Assembly (NCBI GenBank): GCA_043228905.1
Contig: JBHGNT010000005.1
Span: forward strand, 10,044,001 to 10,108,000
DNA: 64,000 nucleotides
Reading direction: 5' to 3'
Origin: Azolla caroliniana
Lineage: Eukaryota; Plantae; Polypodiophyta
Shown: in pieces, positions 35,757 through 47,700 of the stretch
How the letters are laid out: every line of letters begins with the position of its first letter
Numbering within the stretch: position 1 is the first letter of the stretch
Translations under genes and position numbers: made by a program
The notes under the pieces: model-generated
Database searches by the model: none
What the model saw: the letters and a program-made list of their open reading frames with translations, nothing else
What the model was told of the DNA's origin: nothing

Positions 35757-36964
35757 TGTCGTGAAGATTTTCGGCAATAGTGTGAAAATCCCATAAAACG
35801 TACGAAATCGAGTATGAATCACATAATACAATAATTGTGAAGATAACATTTTCAATAAATTTAATATATAAGTACAAAATGATGGAGGTTTCGAATGCAC
35901 TTTATTACACGAGAAACGGACAACTAAATGTCAAGATATGAGGGTATAAAGTTTGTGAAAGGAAAAGGGAAAATTGTGAGATATCCCACATAGGCACGAC
36001 AAGTACGGCTCTCATCATATATAAAGTAGAGCAAAAGATATTATCTTTGTGTCTATGTGTGGAGCATAGAGTTCAAGGTAACTTGAACTAAGAGTGAAGG
36101 TGGGCTAGCTACTCATAAAGGGTTTTGGCCAACCAAAACCGGACCGGCGATGGAGCCGGTGATCCGACGGCAATCCGGCATTTGGCGAGGCACTGGTAAC
36201 CGACGGCGGCACTGGTATCCGGCGCCAATGAGACGACGGCATCCGGCGAGGCACCGGTAACCGGCGGCATCCGACGAACCGGCGTCCGGTGACTATATAA
36301 ATAAATATATAATATTATATACATATATACATATACAAGGAGGGCAAGTAAGGATTCGAACCTTGCACCTCCAAGTTAGGAATCAATTGGCTTACCATTA
36401 ATCCATGCTATTTAGTTGAAATTATATTTCTATCATTGTACTTTTACATGTAAATTCTCATACATGAGAGCTAAAATGAGTGACATGGTTATCATGCACC
36501 ACATGTAATACATAAGCACCAAATGGCAAACATGCAATTTGTGCATGTCTTGTACCCTCACATGCATCATATGCATGAGAGCATCTATAAAAGAAGGAAG
36601 GGGGAGGAGAAAAAACACGTTTTTTTTTATGAAAATTAAGAGGAAGAAATTCGTTATCAAATTGATCGTGTAACTTGTTTCTTAAATCTAAAGTTAAAAG
36701 TTCAATCAATCTCTCTCAATCGTGTAATCTCAACTTCTCTCTTTCCCAATCTATCTTAAGTACTTTCTCGCTAAAGCTTGCGCCAAAGCTTGTACCGACT
36801 TTGAATCCTTCCGGTCCAGAACCCCGGCGGTTCCGCCTCACGATCCGCGCGTAGAGAGGGATCTTCACGTCACTGTTTCCTACTATACATGTGCACACAT
36901 CGCACACCACCGACTTGCCCTATTCCACCCTAGTTTCACACTATAGCCAGAAATCTTCACGACA

Positions 36965-39900
36965 ATGCGTCCAGCTTGTCGGTTGTCAGCACCTTTCTTA
37001 GCATGTCCGACCCGTTCTCCTCCATGTGGATCTTCGTCAGCACGAACTCTTGATCTTCTACTCTCTCCCAGATCCAGTGGTACCTCCGCTGGATATGTTT
37101 CGTCCGGGAATGATAGGCCGCGTTCTTTGCAAGGTGGATGGCACTTTGACTGTCGTAGTAGAGCCGGTATTCCTCCTGTTGGATCCCTAACTCTCCGATG
37201 AAGTCCTTCACCCAGATTATCTCCTTGCCGACTTCTACAGCTGCCATGTACTCCGCCTCTGTGGTTGATAACGCAACTATCTTCTACACCATCAACTGCC
37301 ACGAAACAGCTCCCCCTACATTAGTCATGACATATCCGGATGTTGACCGGTTGGTATCCGCATCAGCTGACATTTCTGAATCTGTGAATCTGTCAAGTTG
37401 GGGATTACCGGAGGAACATACTCGAGGTGCCTTTCAGATATCGGAATATCCACTTGACCGCGTTCCAATGCGCTCTTCCGGGATTGCTCATGAACCGGCT
37501 CACCACTCCGACTGCATATTCGATATCTGGTCGGGTACATACCATCGTGTACATCAAGCTCCTGGTAGTAGAGGCATATGGTATTTTCTTCATATCCATT
37601 TTTTCTGCCTTTGTCCTCAGACTTTGTCTTCCGGATAGCTTGCAGTTTGCCGGAAGTGTCGTTCCGACCGGTTTCGCCTCCAACATGTTGAACCTTTGGA
37701 GTACCTTTGTCACGTACTTTTCCTGTGACAACCACAACAACTTCTTCGATCGGTCCGGATGATGTGCATTCCCAATATCTGTCTTGCCGAACCCAAGTCT
37801 TTCATTGAGAAGGTCCGGTTCAGAGCCTTCTTCAACATCCGTATCTTGACTTAGTCTCGTCTGACGATCAGCATATCATCCACATATAGGAGAAGTATCA
37901 GGAAATCTCCTCCGTAAAATTTCTTCACAAACACGCAGTGATCGGCTTGCGTTTTGTGGGACCCTTGGTCGGTCATGAAGGAGTCAAACTTCCAGTACCA
38001 TTGCCGGGGAGCTTGCTTCAGTCCGTATAAGCTCTTCTTCAGCCGGAATACCAAGTGCTCCTTCCCTTTCTTCTCAAATCCTTCCGGTTGTTGCATGTAG
38101 ATCTCCTCTTCGAGGTCACCATGGAGGAACACCGTCTTGACATCTAGTTGCTCTACCTCAAGGTCCATGCTTGCCGCTATGCTCAGCACCGTCCGGATGG
38201 TAATCATCTTAACTATGGGGGCAAAGATCTCGTCGAAATCCACTCCTTTCTTCTGCTAGAAGCCCTTCACCACGATCCAGGCCTTATACCTTGGTGGATT
38301 TCCAGCATCTCTTGTTTTCCGCTTGTACACCCACTTGTTCCGGAGTGCTCTCTTCCCTTTCGCCAACTCCGTCAATTCGTATGTGTGGTTCTCATGCAGG
38401 GAATCCATCTCGTCCTGCATGGCACTCAACCACTTGCGGCTGTGGGTGTCTCTCTTTGCTTCTTCGAAGCTATCCGGCTCCTGCTCATCGGTTAGCAACA
38501 CATGCTCTACATCGGAAATCTCCGGGGGGCTCTTCTCTCTCGAAGAGGATATCTTGGTCCCTGGTTTTTGACTGTCAGTTCCTCCATTTGTTCCGAATCC
38601 GAATCCGATTCGGGATCTTGTCCGGTTCCAATGTCTTCTTCTTCTTCTTCGGTCGGTTCGGTTTCTTTTCCATATCCGGCCAGTTCGTCGAGTGTCATCC
38701 AATTACTGGCTAACATCTAGTTTTCAACCGGGTAAGTCCTGTTGGGAGACAGGTCCCTCCGGATGGGAAGGGAGAAGAACAGTGCCGACGAACAAACTGC
38801 GGAGAGTACCCGATGGTGGAGAGCCGGATGGTGTAGGCCCGGTATGAACCGGATGGGGAGTACCCGACTGTGGAGAGCCGGATGGTGTAGGCCCGGTATG
38901 AACCAGATGGGGAGTACCCGACTGCGGAGAGCCGGATGGTGTAGGCCCGGTATGAACCGGATGGGGAGTACCCGACTACGGAGAGCCGGATGGTGCAGGC
39001 CCGGTATGAACCGAAGGAAGAGACATATTCGTAAATATGTTTCTGAGAGCCCATCGAGGCTACATTTGTAAATAGCCGAAAAGTCATATTAGTATAAATA
39101 TGACTTAGGGCAAACTTTTAGGTGTGTCGTTTTTGTTGTTGTTGTTATTCTTCCTTGTTGGTGCAAGAAGAAGTGAGAGCGCGTAACTGTACAGAGAGAG
39201 AGAGAGAGAGAGAGACGAGGTCGTTGCCTCTGTTGTAACCGCCGCCTGTGGCGAAGATCTGAGAGCACGAGGTCGTTGCCTCAGTGAACTCACTGTTGTA
39301 TATTCCTACATAGTGACAGTTTGCAGCCTGTGGGCTGCCGTGGTTTTTTCCCTATTTTGGGGTTTTCCACGTAAACCTCCTGTGTACCATTTCTCCCTTT
39401 TGTGTCGCAGTTCATTACCTGTTTTTTTGTGTATGAAAAGAATCTCGGTTGTGGCCGAGCGTCGGACATAAGGAACGTCGAGTTCTCGTCAAGTCCTTGT
39501 GTCCTCAAACCGGTTTTCATAGAATGATCTGGAGTTCATCACCTTCTCCGACTCCCAGTTAGCAATGGTCCTGTCTTTCATGAAGACTATTTCCCAACTC
39601 CGGAACACCTTCTTGTCAACTAGATCCCACACCCGGTAACCGAAATCATCATCTCCGTATCCAAGGAATATGCATGGCCTGGACTTCGGATCCAACTTTT
39701 TCCTCTTGTCCTTTGCAACATGCACATATGCGAGACACCCAAACACCTTTAGATGCCGGTAAGATACATCTTTACCGGTCCATACTTTCTGAGGTGAGTC
39801 TCCTTCCAAGGGTGTTGAGGGTGATCTATTTATCACATAGGTCATCGTCGTCAGCGCATTAGCCCAAAACGTCTTGGGTAACTTTGCATGTGCTAGCATG

Positions 39901-41700
39901 CTCCGGACTCTCTCCATTATGGTCTGGTTCATCCTTTCGGCCAGCCCATTTAGTTCTGGCTTCTTCAGCACAGTAAACTCAAACCGGATTCCCTTCGACC
40001 AACACTACTCCTCGAACTGCCCCCGGTATTCCCCTCCATTATTTGCTTGAACCGCCTTTAGCTTTTGGACTGTTTCTCTTTCCACTCTCACGTGGAGCTC
40101 CTTGAAGACGGATAGTACCTGATCCTTCATCTTCAATGGTAAGACCCACACCTATGGTCCTTGAAGACGGATAGTACCTGTGGTCATCTATGAACGTCAC
40201 GAAGTACTGCGATCCGGCATGTGACTTCGTTTCCACTTGACACACATCGGTATGCACCAGTTGTAGTGGTGCATTCCGTCTCATCGTTGGTCTTGACCGG
40301 AAGGAGGTTCGGTTTTGCTTGCTGACCAAGCAATCAGTGCACTTCTCAAGTCGCACGTCCTTCACTGGAATGAGGTTGTCTTGATCCCCTTCTCACTCAT
40401 GTGAAACAGTCTTTTGTGCGACATCTCACCGCTAGTGTATGATGCTACGTTCACTTCTTCCCGGCATATCCGGGCATTCATCAAGTACAGGGTGTTGACC
40501 TTCCAGGCTCGAGCCATTATTCGGCTCCCCTTGTTGAACTTTATAACACCGTTCCGGACGCTACCCGTGTGGCCTTCATCATCTTGCTGACCAACTGATA
40601 TCAGGTTCAGTCGAACCTCCGGAACGTGTCGGACATCCTTCAGCAGCAATTTGCATCCAGCTGATGTCGTCAACAACACATATCCTATGTCGATAATTTG
40701 GCATGGGCCTTCATTCCCCATCCGGACACAACCATGATCACCGGCTGTGTAGGATGAGAAGCATTTCTGATCCGGTGTCAGGTGGAACAACGCTCCAGAA
40801 TCGACAACCCACGTTGTTTCGTCGCCGACAAGGTTTAACACATTCTCTTCTGTACTGAGCATCAGTTCTTCTTCACTTGTCACAATCGCCGACATTCCCT
40901 TCCGATTCGAGCCTCTCTGGTTCGAACTCTTGTTCGAATCGGTAGTGTCGGTTTCTATTTCCTTCCGGAGATGCCAACAGTTCTTCTAGAAGTGCCCCGG
41001 CTTCCCACAGTAGAAGAAAGTAGGCCTCCCCCTTGACTTCGACCTCGTCCCCGACTTGTCCCAGTTTTGGGGACTCTTATACCGGCCTCTTCCCAAGTTG
41101 TGGTCATCTTCCGTGACCAAGGCCTTCGGATCGGTTCTAGACTCCCGGTCCTTTCAGCAAGCTTGATTTTACCCTTGCTAGGGACAGTTCTTTTCCTTCT
41201 GGCTCGGCGTTGCCCAACGTGACAATTAACGTCTCCCAGCTATCCAAGAGGGAACCGAGCAGGAGCAATGCGAGTACCTCATTGCCGAGAGGTACTTCCA
41301 ATGAGGTTGCCTGGTGTATTAGCCCATGGGAGGCATTTATGTGTTCCGCCATGTTGGAGTTGTCCTGGTACCAGAGCCTCACTAGCATCCGGAATACCGA
41401 AACCCGATTAACGGCTTTCTTGTTCTGAAACATGATGTTGATCTTCTCCAAGAGTTCATGAGCCTTGCCCTCTTCATTGAAGTTGTTGTACAAACTCATG
41501 TCGATGAAGCACCGGATGTATGCCGTCGTCTTCTTGTCCATCACCTCCCACACTGTGGCATCGATCTTATCCGGTCTTTTGTTCCCAAACTGAACCGGCA
41601 ACCAAAGATCTTTAACAACCAGCATGTCCCTCATCTTCGACTTCCACACTGAGTAGTTGGAGCCGGTGAGCTTGAACATGTTGCCAAACGATTCTTGCAT
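36965..41700 (-). pseudogene. Copia gag-pol (gag, PR, IN, RT, RNase H), disrupted
   Basis: WVVDSGA, LVHTDVC, PELNGLAERMN, LKKSLYGLKQAPRQW, LLLYVDDMLI, SRTKHIQRRYHWI. Confidence 0.93.
38740..39491 (+). mobile_element. Solo LTR with internal 54-bp tandem repeat
   Basis: TG..CA ends, TSD AGTCC, about 4 repeat units. Confidence 0.92.
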
Positions 41701-42268
41701 TCCCTACGTTGTTCGCTCTAATACCAGTTTGTAGAGAATCACGCGGAATATTTCTCGGCCACAACCGAGTCTTAAATCACAGAAATGGGAAACTAAGAAA
41801 GAAAGAAGGTGAACATAGAAATGACACGGGATGTTTATGTGGAGAACCCTAATACGGAAAAACCACGGGAGCCCACAGACTCCGAACTATCACTATGAAG
41901 AGAGGAAATACAAAGTGGAGGCATAGAAGCAACAACCTCGTCCTCGCAATCTTCGTCGGGCGGCGGTTACAACAGAAAGGGCTCGTAGCTACTCTCACGC
42001 TCTCTCTCACTCTCTAAATGTCTCTGTATAACAGTTACAACAATATGACAACACACATAAAGTGATTACCCTAAGTCATATTTATACTTATATGAACTTA
42101 CGGCTATTTACAAATATAGCCTCAATAGGCTTACTCGAAACATAATTACAGATATGTCTCTCTTTCCGGTTCTCACCGGGTCTCCTCAGGTTTCCGAATC
42201 TCTTCTGGTTCTCATCGGCTCTCTTCATTCATCACGGGATCCCATCCAGAGGGACCAATTTCCCAACA

Positions 42269-44017
42269 ACAAGGAGATGCTCCGGAGTCGAGCAAGGCAT
42301 AGGATTGTATTAAAGTAGACCCAAAACAAATACCTCCTAATGGTGTAACTAAATTGTAGAAGGACTGAGAAGTTGGGTAATAGAAAGTGTCTAGCGGTGT
42401 CGTGAAAATCCGTCACTATGTGCGGATTGTGAGACGGAACCGTTGGGGTTCTGGACTAGAAGGATTTAGAGTAACATGTACAACAAAAGTAAGTTTTAAG
42501 CATAAGACAAGTGGGAGAGACAAATCATTAGTTTATTGCAAAAGAAAATCAATTCTTTATAATTTCAAAATCGTGTTACAATGGGTTGGGTATGGAAATG
42601 AGAGAATAATTTTTCAAAGAAAGGAGCCAACAACAATGCAAGGAGTGGTTTGATATGAATACGAGAGATAATTTTTTACCAGAAAGCACAAATAAACAAA
42701 GCTAGGAGTTTGATATCAATATGTGAGATAATTTGTTTCTCGAATCTAAGAGGGAAGAAGAAAGAAGGGAAAAAAATGGGACATATATCGAGCTCCTCGT
42801 TGATCCTCCTCCCCAATGTTACTTTGCATGCCCACTTTTAGTTGGATGGCCTCTATTTTTAGTTGCATGGCCTTTGCTTTTAGTTGCATGCTTCCATTTT
42901 TTGATGCATGCCTTTTACTTTTACTTGCATGACCTTGGCTTTTGGTTGCATGCGATTGTTCGTATAATTCGGCCAAAGGACACAATCATCCATAAAGTTT
43001 AGCCCGTGCGCAATCCGTGCGTGCGTCGCAACCAAACCATAGACGCGTCCGCGCACAAAAGTCCCGACCGCGTAGTAGTGTACGCATCCACGCATGCGCA
43101 CGTCCCGACCGCACCGTAGTATACGCATCCACGCGCGCGCGCATCCAACCCGCACCATGTACGCATCCGCGCGCAAAACTCTCGACCACACCGTAGTGTA
43201 CGCATCCACGCATGCGCGCGTGCGCACACACGCACATACGCGTCCGTCCGAAAGCGTCCACACGTACACCCGAAACTTGCACACACGTGTACATCCGAAG
43301 ACGTCCGTCCATGCGCATGTACGTCCTAAAACATCCACGCAGCCATGCACACGCGCGTACGCCCAACGCGTGCACACCACATAGTGTAGCCCAAGTCACC
43401 TTGAACATTCTATGCTCCACACATTGATAAAATGAATATGTTTTGGTTTCCCTTATATATTCTGGGTTCCAATGTTGTCCTATCTAAGTGGGATATCTCA
43501 CAGTTTTGTCTTTTCTTTTCTTTTTTTCAAACTTCACACTCACATAACTTAATACTTGTTTCTTCATTTTATGCATAGTAAAATACGCTATGAAGCTCTT
43601 GAACACATCTATCTTTCCATATCCATATATTAAGCTAATCGTAAATAATTATTTTACTAGTTTTCATATCATGTGTGAAAAACCACACAACAGCGGCATG
43701 GCTCATATTGCAGCCAGACTTGGTCATTTTCCTGTTGTAGACAAATCTCTACAAGACATGGATGGTGGAATTGTTGTCGAGCTCCCCGCGCAAGGCAGTG
43801 GCGGATGACATGGCCAAGGGTACCACAATAGAGACCATTGTCCCATCGATGTTGGCATTGGGCTTAAGTTAATGGTTAGAACTTACATTGGTCGATCTCC
43901 ATCGGGGTATGAGTATTAGTTAAGGATGGTAAGGTTGGCATGGTTGGCGAAACTGATACATATGGCCTAGCTATTGATGTGTTTCAAGAGGAAGGCTGAA
44001 ACCCTCGACTCCCACGT
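42269..44017 (-). pseudogene. Chromovirus-type gag C-terminus/protease start, interrupted by a solo LTR
   Basis: PMEID motif and degenerate zinc knuckle (about 43800-43910); ALLDSGAS (about 42275-42300). Confidence 0.75.
42398..43692 (-). mobile_element. Solo LTR related to the 31137 family, with CG-rich internal repeats
   Basis: TG..CA ends, 4-bp TSD GCGG; the first ~70 bp are the reverse complement of the end of LTR 31137-32312; TACGCATCCACGC repeats at 43010-43380. Confidence 0.88.
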
Positions 44018-44783
44018 TGTCGTGAAAATTTCCGACAACAATGGGAAAATCAAGTGGAACGGGCAAGAACGGGGATGTGCAACAATTGCACATGTACATT
44101 AGGGAAATATACATAGGAATGAAAGGGAAATGTAACGGGTGCTAAAGTGCACAAAGGACTTAGTGAGGAATAAATGTGATGTGTACATTAGTGCACATAC
44201 CACGTAGTGGGTAGTGGGGGAGTGTGAAAGTAAGGGGGTTTAAATGTACCTCTTCAATCACTCCTAAAATCAAGACAAGATATATCCGCTAAAAAAGAGA
44301 GGAACATTTGACCGACATGTAACGCCCTTCCCTCCTTGGACTATAAAAGGAGAAGAAGGGGCTCTTATTAGGGGTTCTGTTCCGTTTTCTTTCAGTTCCA
44401 AGATTTGGGTTTTCCTTTCTCTCTTCGGTTTGGGGTCCCCTTTTGGTGTGTTAGGTCTGTTCAGGTGTTTAGGGTTTCGGCAGCTCGAATGCTCTGAGGT
44501 TGTTTTCTACTCTGACTACTATGCAAGGTCTCCACTCTCAACCGCGTGCCCAAGAGCTCCCCGACTAGAGCCTTGACTGTAGATACTCGTTGCATCCATT
44601 TCATTTTGTCCAGCTCGAAGCCGTTGTTGTAATCGGTTACAATATATATATATATATATATATATACTTGTGGTTGTGTACAACACGTCATTTTCTATTT
44701 TGGTGTTGTATCATACTATCTCTCTTACCGGTTTCTGTGTATAAGTGTGTATGTTTTCTCTCTCTCAATCTCCGATCCAGCGT

Positions 44784-47700
44784 TGTCGCGGTAATCCGTG
44801 TGTGCGTGCTATAACCGGGGTGGGACCACAAGGGTCTTGGACCAGAGAGAGACGGAGCATGGAAGGTCGAGCTTCACTATTTCCCGCGACCGACCAGGAC
44901 ACCAACCAGAGCATTTCCAAATAGGTATCGGGAGCAACCGAATGAGAGAGGGAAAAGGGCGCGCATGCAACACTGACTAGACACACACATCCTATGTACA
45001 AAAACCAGAAAGAACGAACTCCAAAGACACCGACACAGACACAGATGCACAGAACTTCACTATATATATATATACAAGAGCAAGATACAACTCCGGCCTT
45101 GAGCCGGGCCAAGGTAGGTTAGGTTACCACAGCAGTCTGCTACCAAGCCGCAAACCGGGGAGCTCTCGAGCTCGACGCGCCGAGCGGGGTCTTGCACAGG
45201 AGACAAAGCAGAAGTGAAAAACGCTTAGGACATACAAGCTCTTAACCGGACTAAACCCTAAATAGACACGAAGACTCAACCCACATGATGACAAAGAAGA
45301 AGACCTAGATGAAACCCTAAAGAAAGTAAGTAAGGAAGAAAGAAAGAAAGAAAGAAAGAAGAGAAAAGCTACCTTACTTTAGACCTAAGTGGTATACCCT
45401 CCTAACTCAAAATGGGCAACCCCTACACAAGAGACCCCTCCCTTCGTTTTATAGCCCAAGGAGGGAGGGATGTTACAATGTGGGATAAATTCTCCCCCTT
45501 ATTCTATACACCATTTTCCTACTAAACATGTGCACATGTTGCACATTGCCGACATGCCCATTCCATCTCGGTTTCACACCAAAGCCAGAAATTTTCACGA
45601 CATCCACCCCCCACCAAACCGTACATCCAATGATATATGCCATGAAAGGAAAAGGTGAGAGATTTTTGCAACAACGATCAACCGGGCTCTCTGTCGTCCC
45701 GGCACCCAACCGCCTTGCCGGCTCCTACCGACCCCGATCCGTCGGCTCCATCCGATCCGCCATATCCGACACTCACACCTTCTTCCCCGAACGGTCTTCC
45801 TGAACATCGTTGCCAATCTGGTCACTCCTCCTTTGTCTGTTGCGTATGCCCTCCGATTAGGCCCCCGATCACTCCACCTGTATGCCGGATTCCGCGCCTC
45901 GCGTGTCGCCTGTGACCCTCCTTTGGTTCGATTGTCTCCTCGTCCCGAGCACCTCGGCATGCCGTCTCTCTCCGTTCCTCACTTGCCTTCTTTACGCTTG
46001 ATTGACCTGTCGACAACTTGTTCGCCGCGATCTTCTCTCGTACGCGTGCTCGTCTCGTGGCCCTTGGTCGACCGTATGCACACACCTCACTTCCTCGTAT
46101 ACCAGTGTCCTCTGCATCCGAGGAACACCCCATAGTGGCCCGCTTGGCCTCCTTCGATCATCGCGATGCCTTAATTACTCATTCGGTGGCATGGTTCACT
46201 ATTGCCTTTGTCCCCTAGACGCCACCTTCCTTCTCCTCGGTCTTTCATTGCCACGGCGGCTGAACTACTGAGGTCTCTAAAATTGGTGTGAAGGATCCTT
46301 CTTGGGTTGTCGATGTTCTTCGAGGTTACTGACCTGAGCAATCCGTCTTCGCAGCCGTATTCTCATCCAGGCACCTCCGTGTGCCGTGTAACTCTTGACT
46401 ACGCCCCGCAAGAGACTCAGTCCACCGTCCTCCTTCGCTCGGCGCCACCCGTGCCAAACTCCGGTCTTTCTCCGTGCAAGCTTCGTCAGCCCCTGCCCGG
46501 CTAGATCATGCGTTGTCGCTTGTCGTTTCTCTGCATACCGGTCTCCTCCGCGTTCGAGGAACACCCTGTGTCGGCCCGCTTGGTCCCTTTCGTTCCGCAC
46601 TGCTGCAACTGGTTCGGCGCCATACCCTTTCCGTCGTCCCCTCGCCTCCACCAATTTGTTATCTCAAGCTTGGCTTGCCACGCGAGTCGTTGCCACTCTA
46701 ACTGAGCCGCCGAGATCTGTGAAGCGGGTGTGGAGGATCCTCCTTCGGTCACCGATACTATTTCCAGCTACCAACTTGTGCAGCCTAACCTGAGCCTGGT
46801 TTCCGACCCGTCACCACCGTGTGCCATCTTCCACTTTCCTTGCTTGGCACCGCTTGTGTCGAACACCGTCCCGTACTCGTGCTTTACTTCGGCCCTCGAT
46901 GGCCACACGCACGTGTTCCGATCCGCTTCTGGGTGTGCCCTTTCGGCTCGACACAGTGCTCCCCGCTTGGGTGTCCCTTGGTAGTTTTCCATGCTGCTAC
47001 CCACGAAGGATCACCCTTGCCTGTTTCAGACTGCCTGGCCTTCATTGTTCTCGCGACGCCTTGGTTGCTCGGTGCCTTTGCTGCTACGACGTTCCTCCCC
47101 TCACTGCAACCGTCAGTATCTTGGTCTTAAATCGGATTGGTTATCGAAAATCCGCTCCCCGATTCTCATCCGGGTCCATCCGTAACTCTCATCGCATTAC
47201 CAGATCTCATTCTCCTACCGCCACTATCAATATCTTGGTCTTATGTCAGATCCGATACCGACCGCCGAAGTCTCTAGCCCGGTGTGAGGTGACCCATAGG
47301 ACCGATCTTTGTTTCTCTGCTTCCGTCACTTGTATTGGTCGTGACCTCCGCGTCCTCGCTGCCACCTTCCATCTCTTAGGTCTTCCATTGGTTCTCGGAC
47401 ACAACCGCCTAAATCTCGGGAACGAGTGTGGAGGACCCATACTTCAATCAACCGCCTCTACCGTTTCTCCCCCGCCATCGTCGATCCCCTCCGTTTTGGT
47501 GTCCTCTGCATCCTTCAGTAACGTTGCTCCGCTCCGAGGAACACTTTCTTCGCCCTTTTGGCCCGCTTTCGGACAAACGATGCATGCCTGGATCATGCTC
47601 CATCTGAATCGAAATGTCGACCAGATCGGCTCCTGGTTGGGCCGAGTTCCAACTCCGCTCCCTTCCGCGCCGCCTCTCGTGTCTACATCTCGCTCCGCCA

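Larger units (their letters stand above)
31137..36872 (+). mobile_element. tRNA-Trp-primed Gypsy element (gag-protease only), rearranged, inserted in the host 5' LTR
   Basis: LTRs 31137-32312 and 35757-36872; perfect PBS TGGTGAACCCGACGTGAA 32321-32338; gag with CVWCDSMDHMRRDC; protease ALIDHGSEINLMS; flanks TCGT/CTGT. Confidence 0.88.
16117..36964 (-). mobile_element. tRNA-Trp-primed Gypsy-like element, gag only (about 4.4 kb without nested inserts)
   Basis: 3' LTR 16117-16809 with PPT 16810-16825; 5' LTR 30881-31136 plus 36877-36964; perfect 18-nt Trp PBS 30859-30876; gag-like ORFs 29551-30843; decayed 4-bp TSD ACGT/ATGC. Confidence 0.88.
10296..42268 (-). mobile_element. Full-length Copia (family B) element expanded to 32 kb by nested insertions
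   Basis: TSD ACAAG (10291-10295 / 42269-42273); 3' LTR 10296-10756 plus 15993-16058; PPT 16059-16070; 5' LTR 41730-42268; Met-i PBS 41715-41726; coding parts 36965-41700 and 16071-16116. Confidence 0.93.

Noticed and set aside
42880-43427. Arg/Cys/Val-rich ORFs
   Set aside because: Translations of a low-complexity repeat inside a solo LTR.
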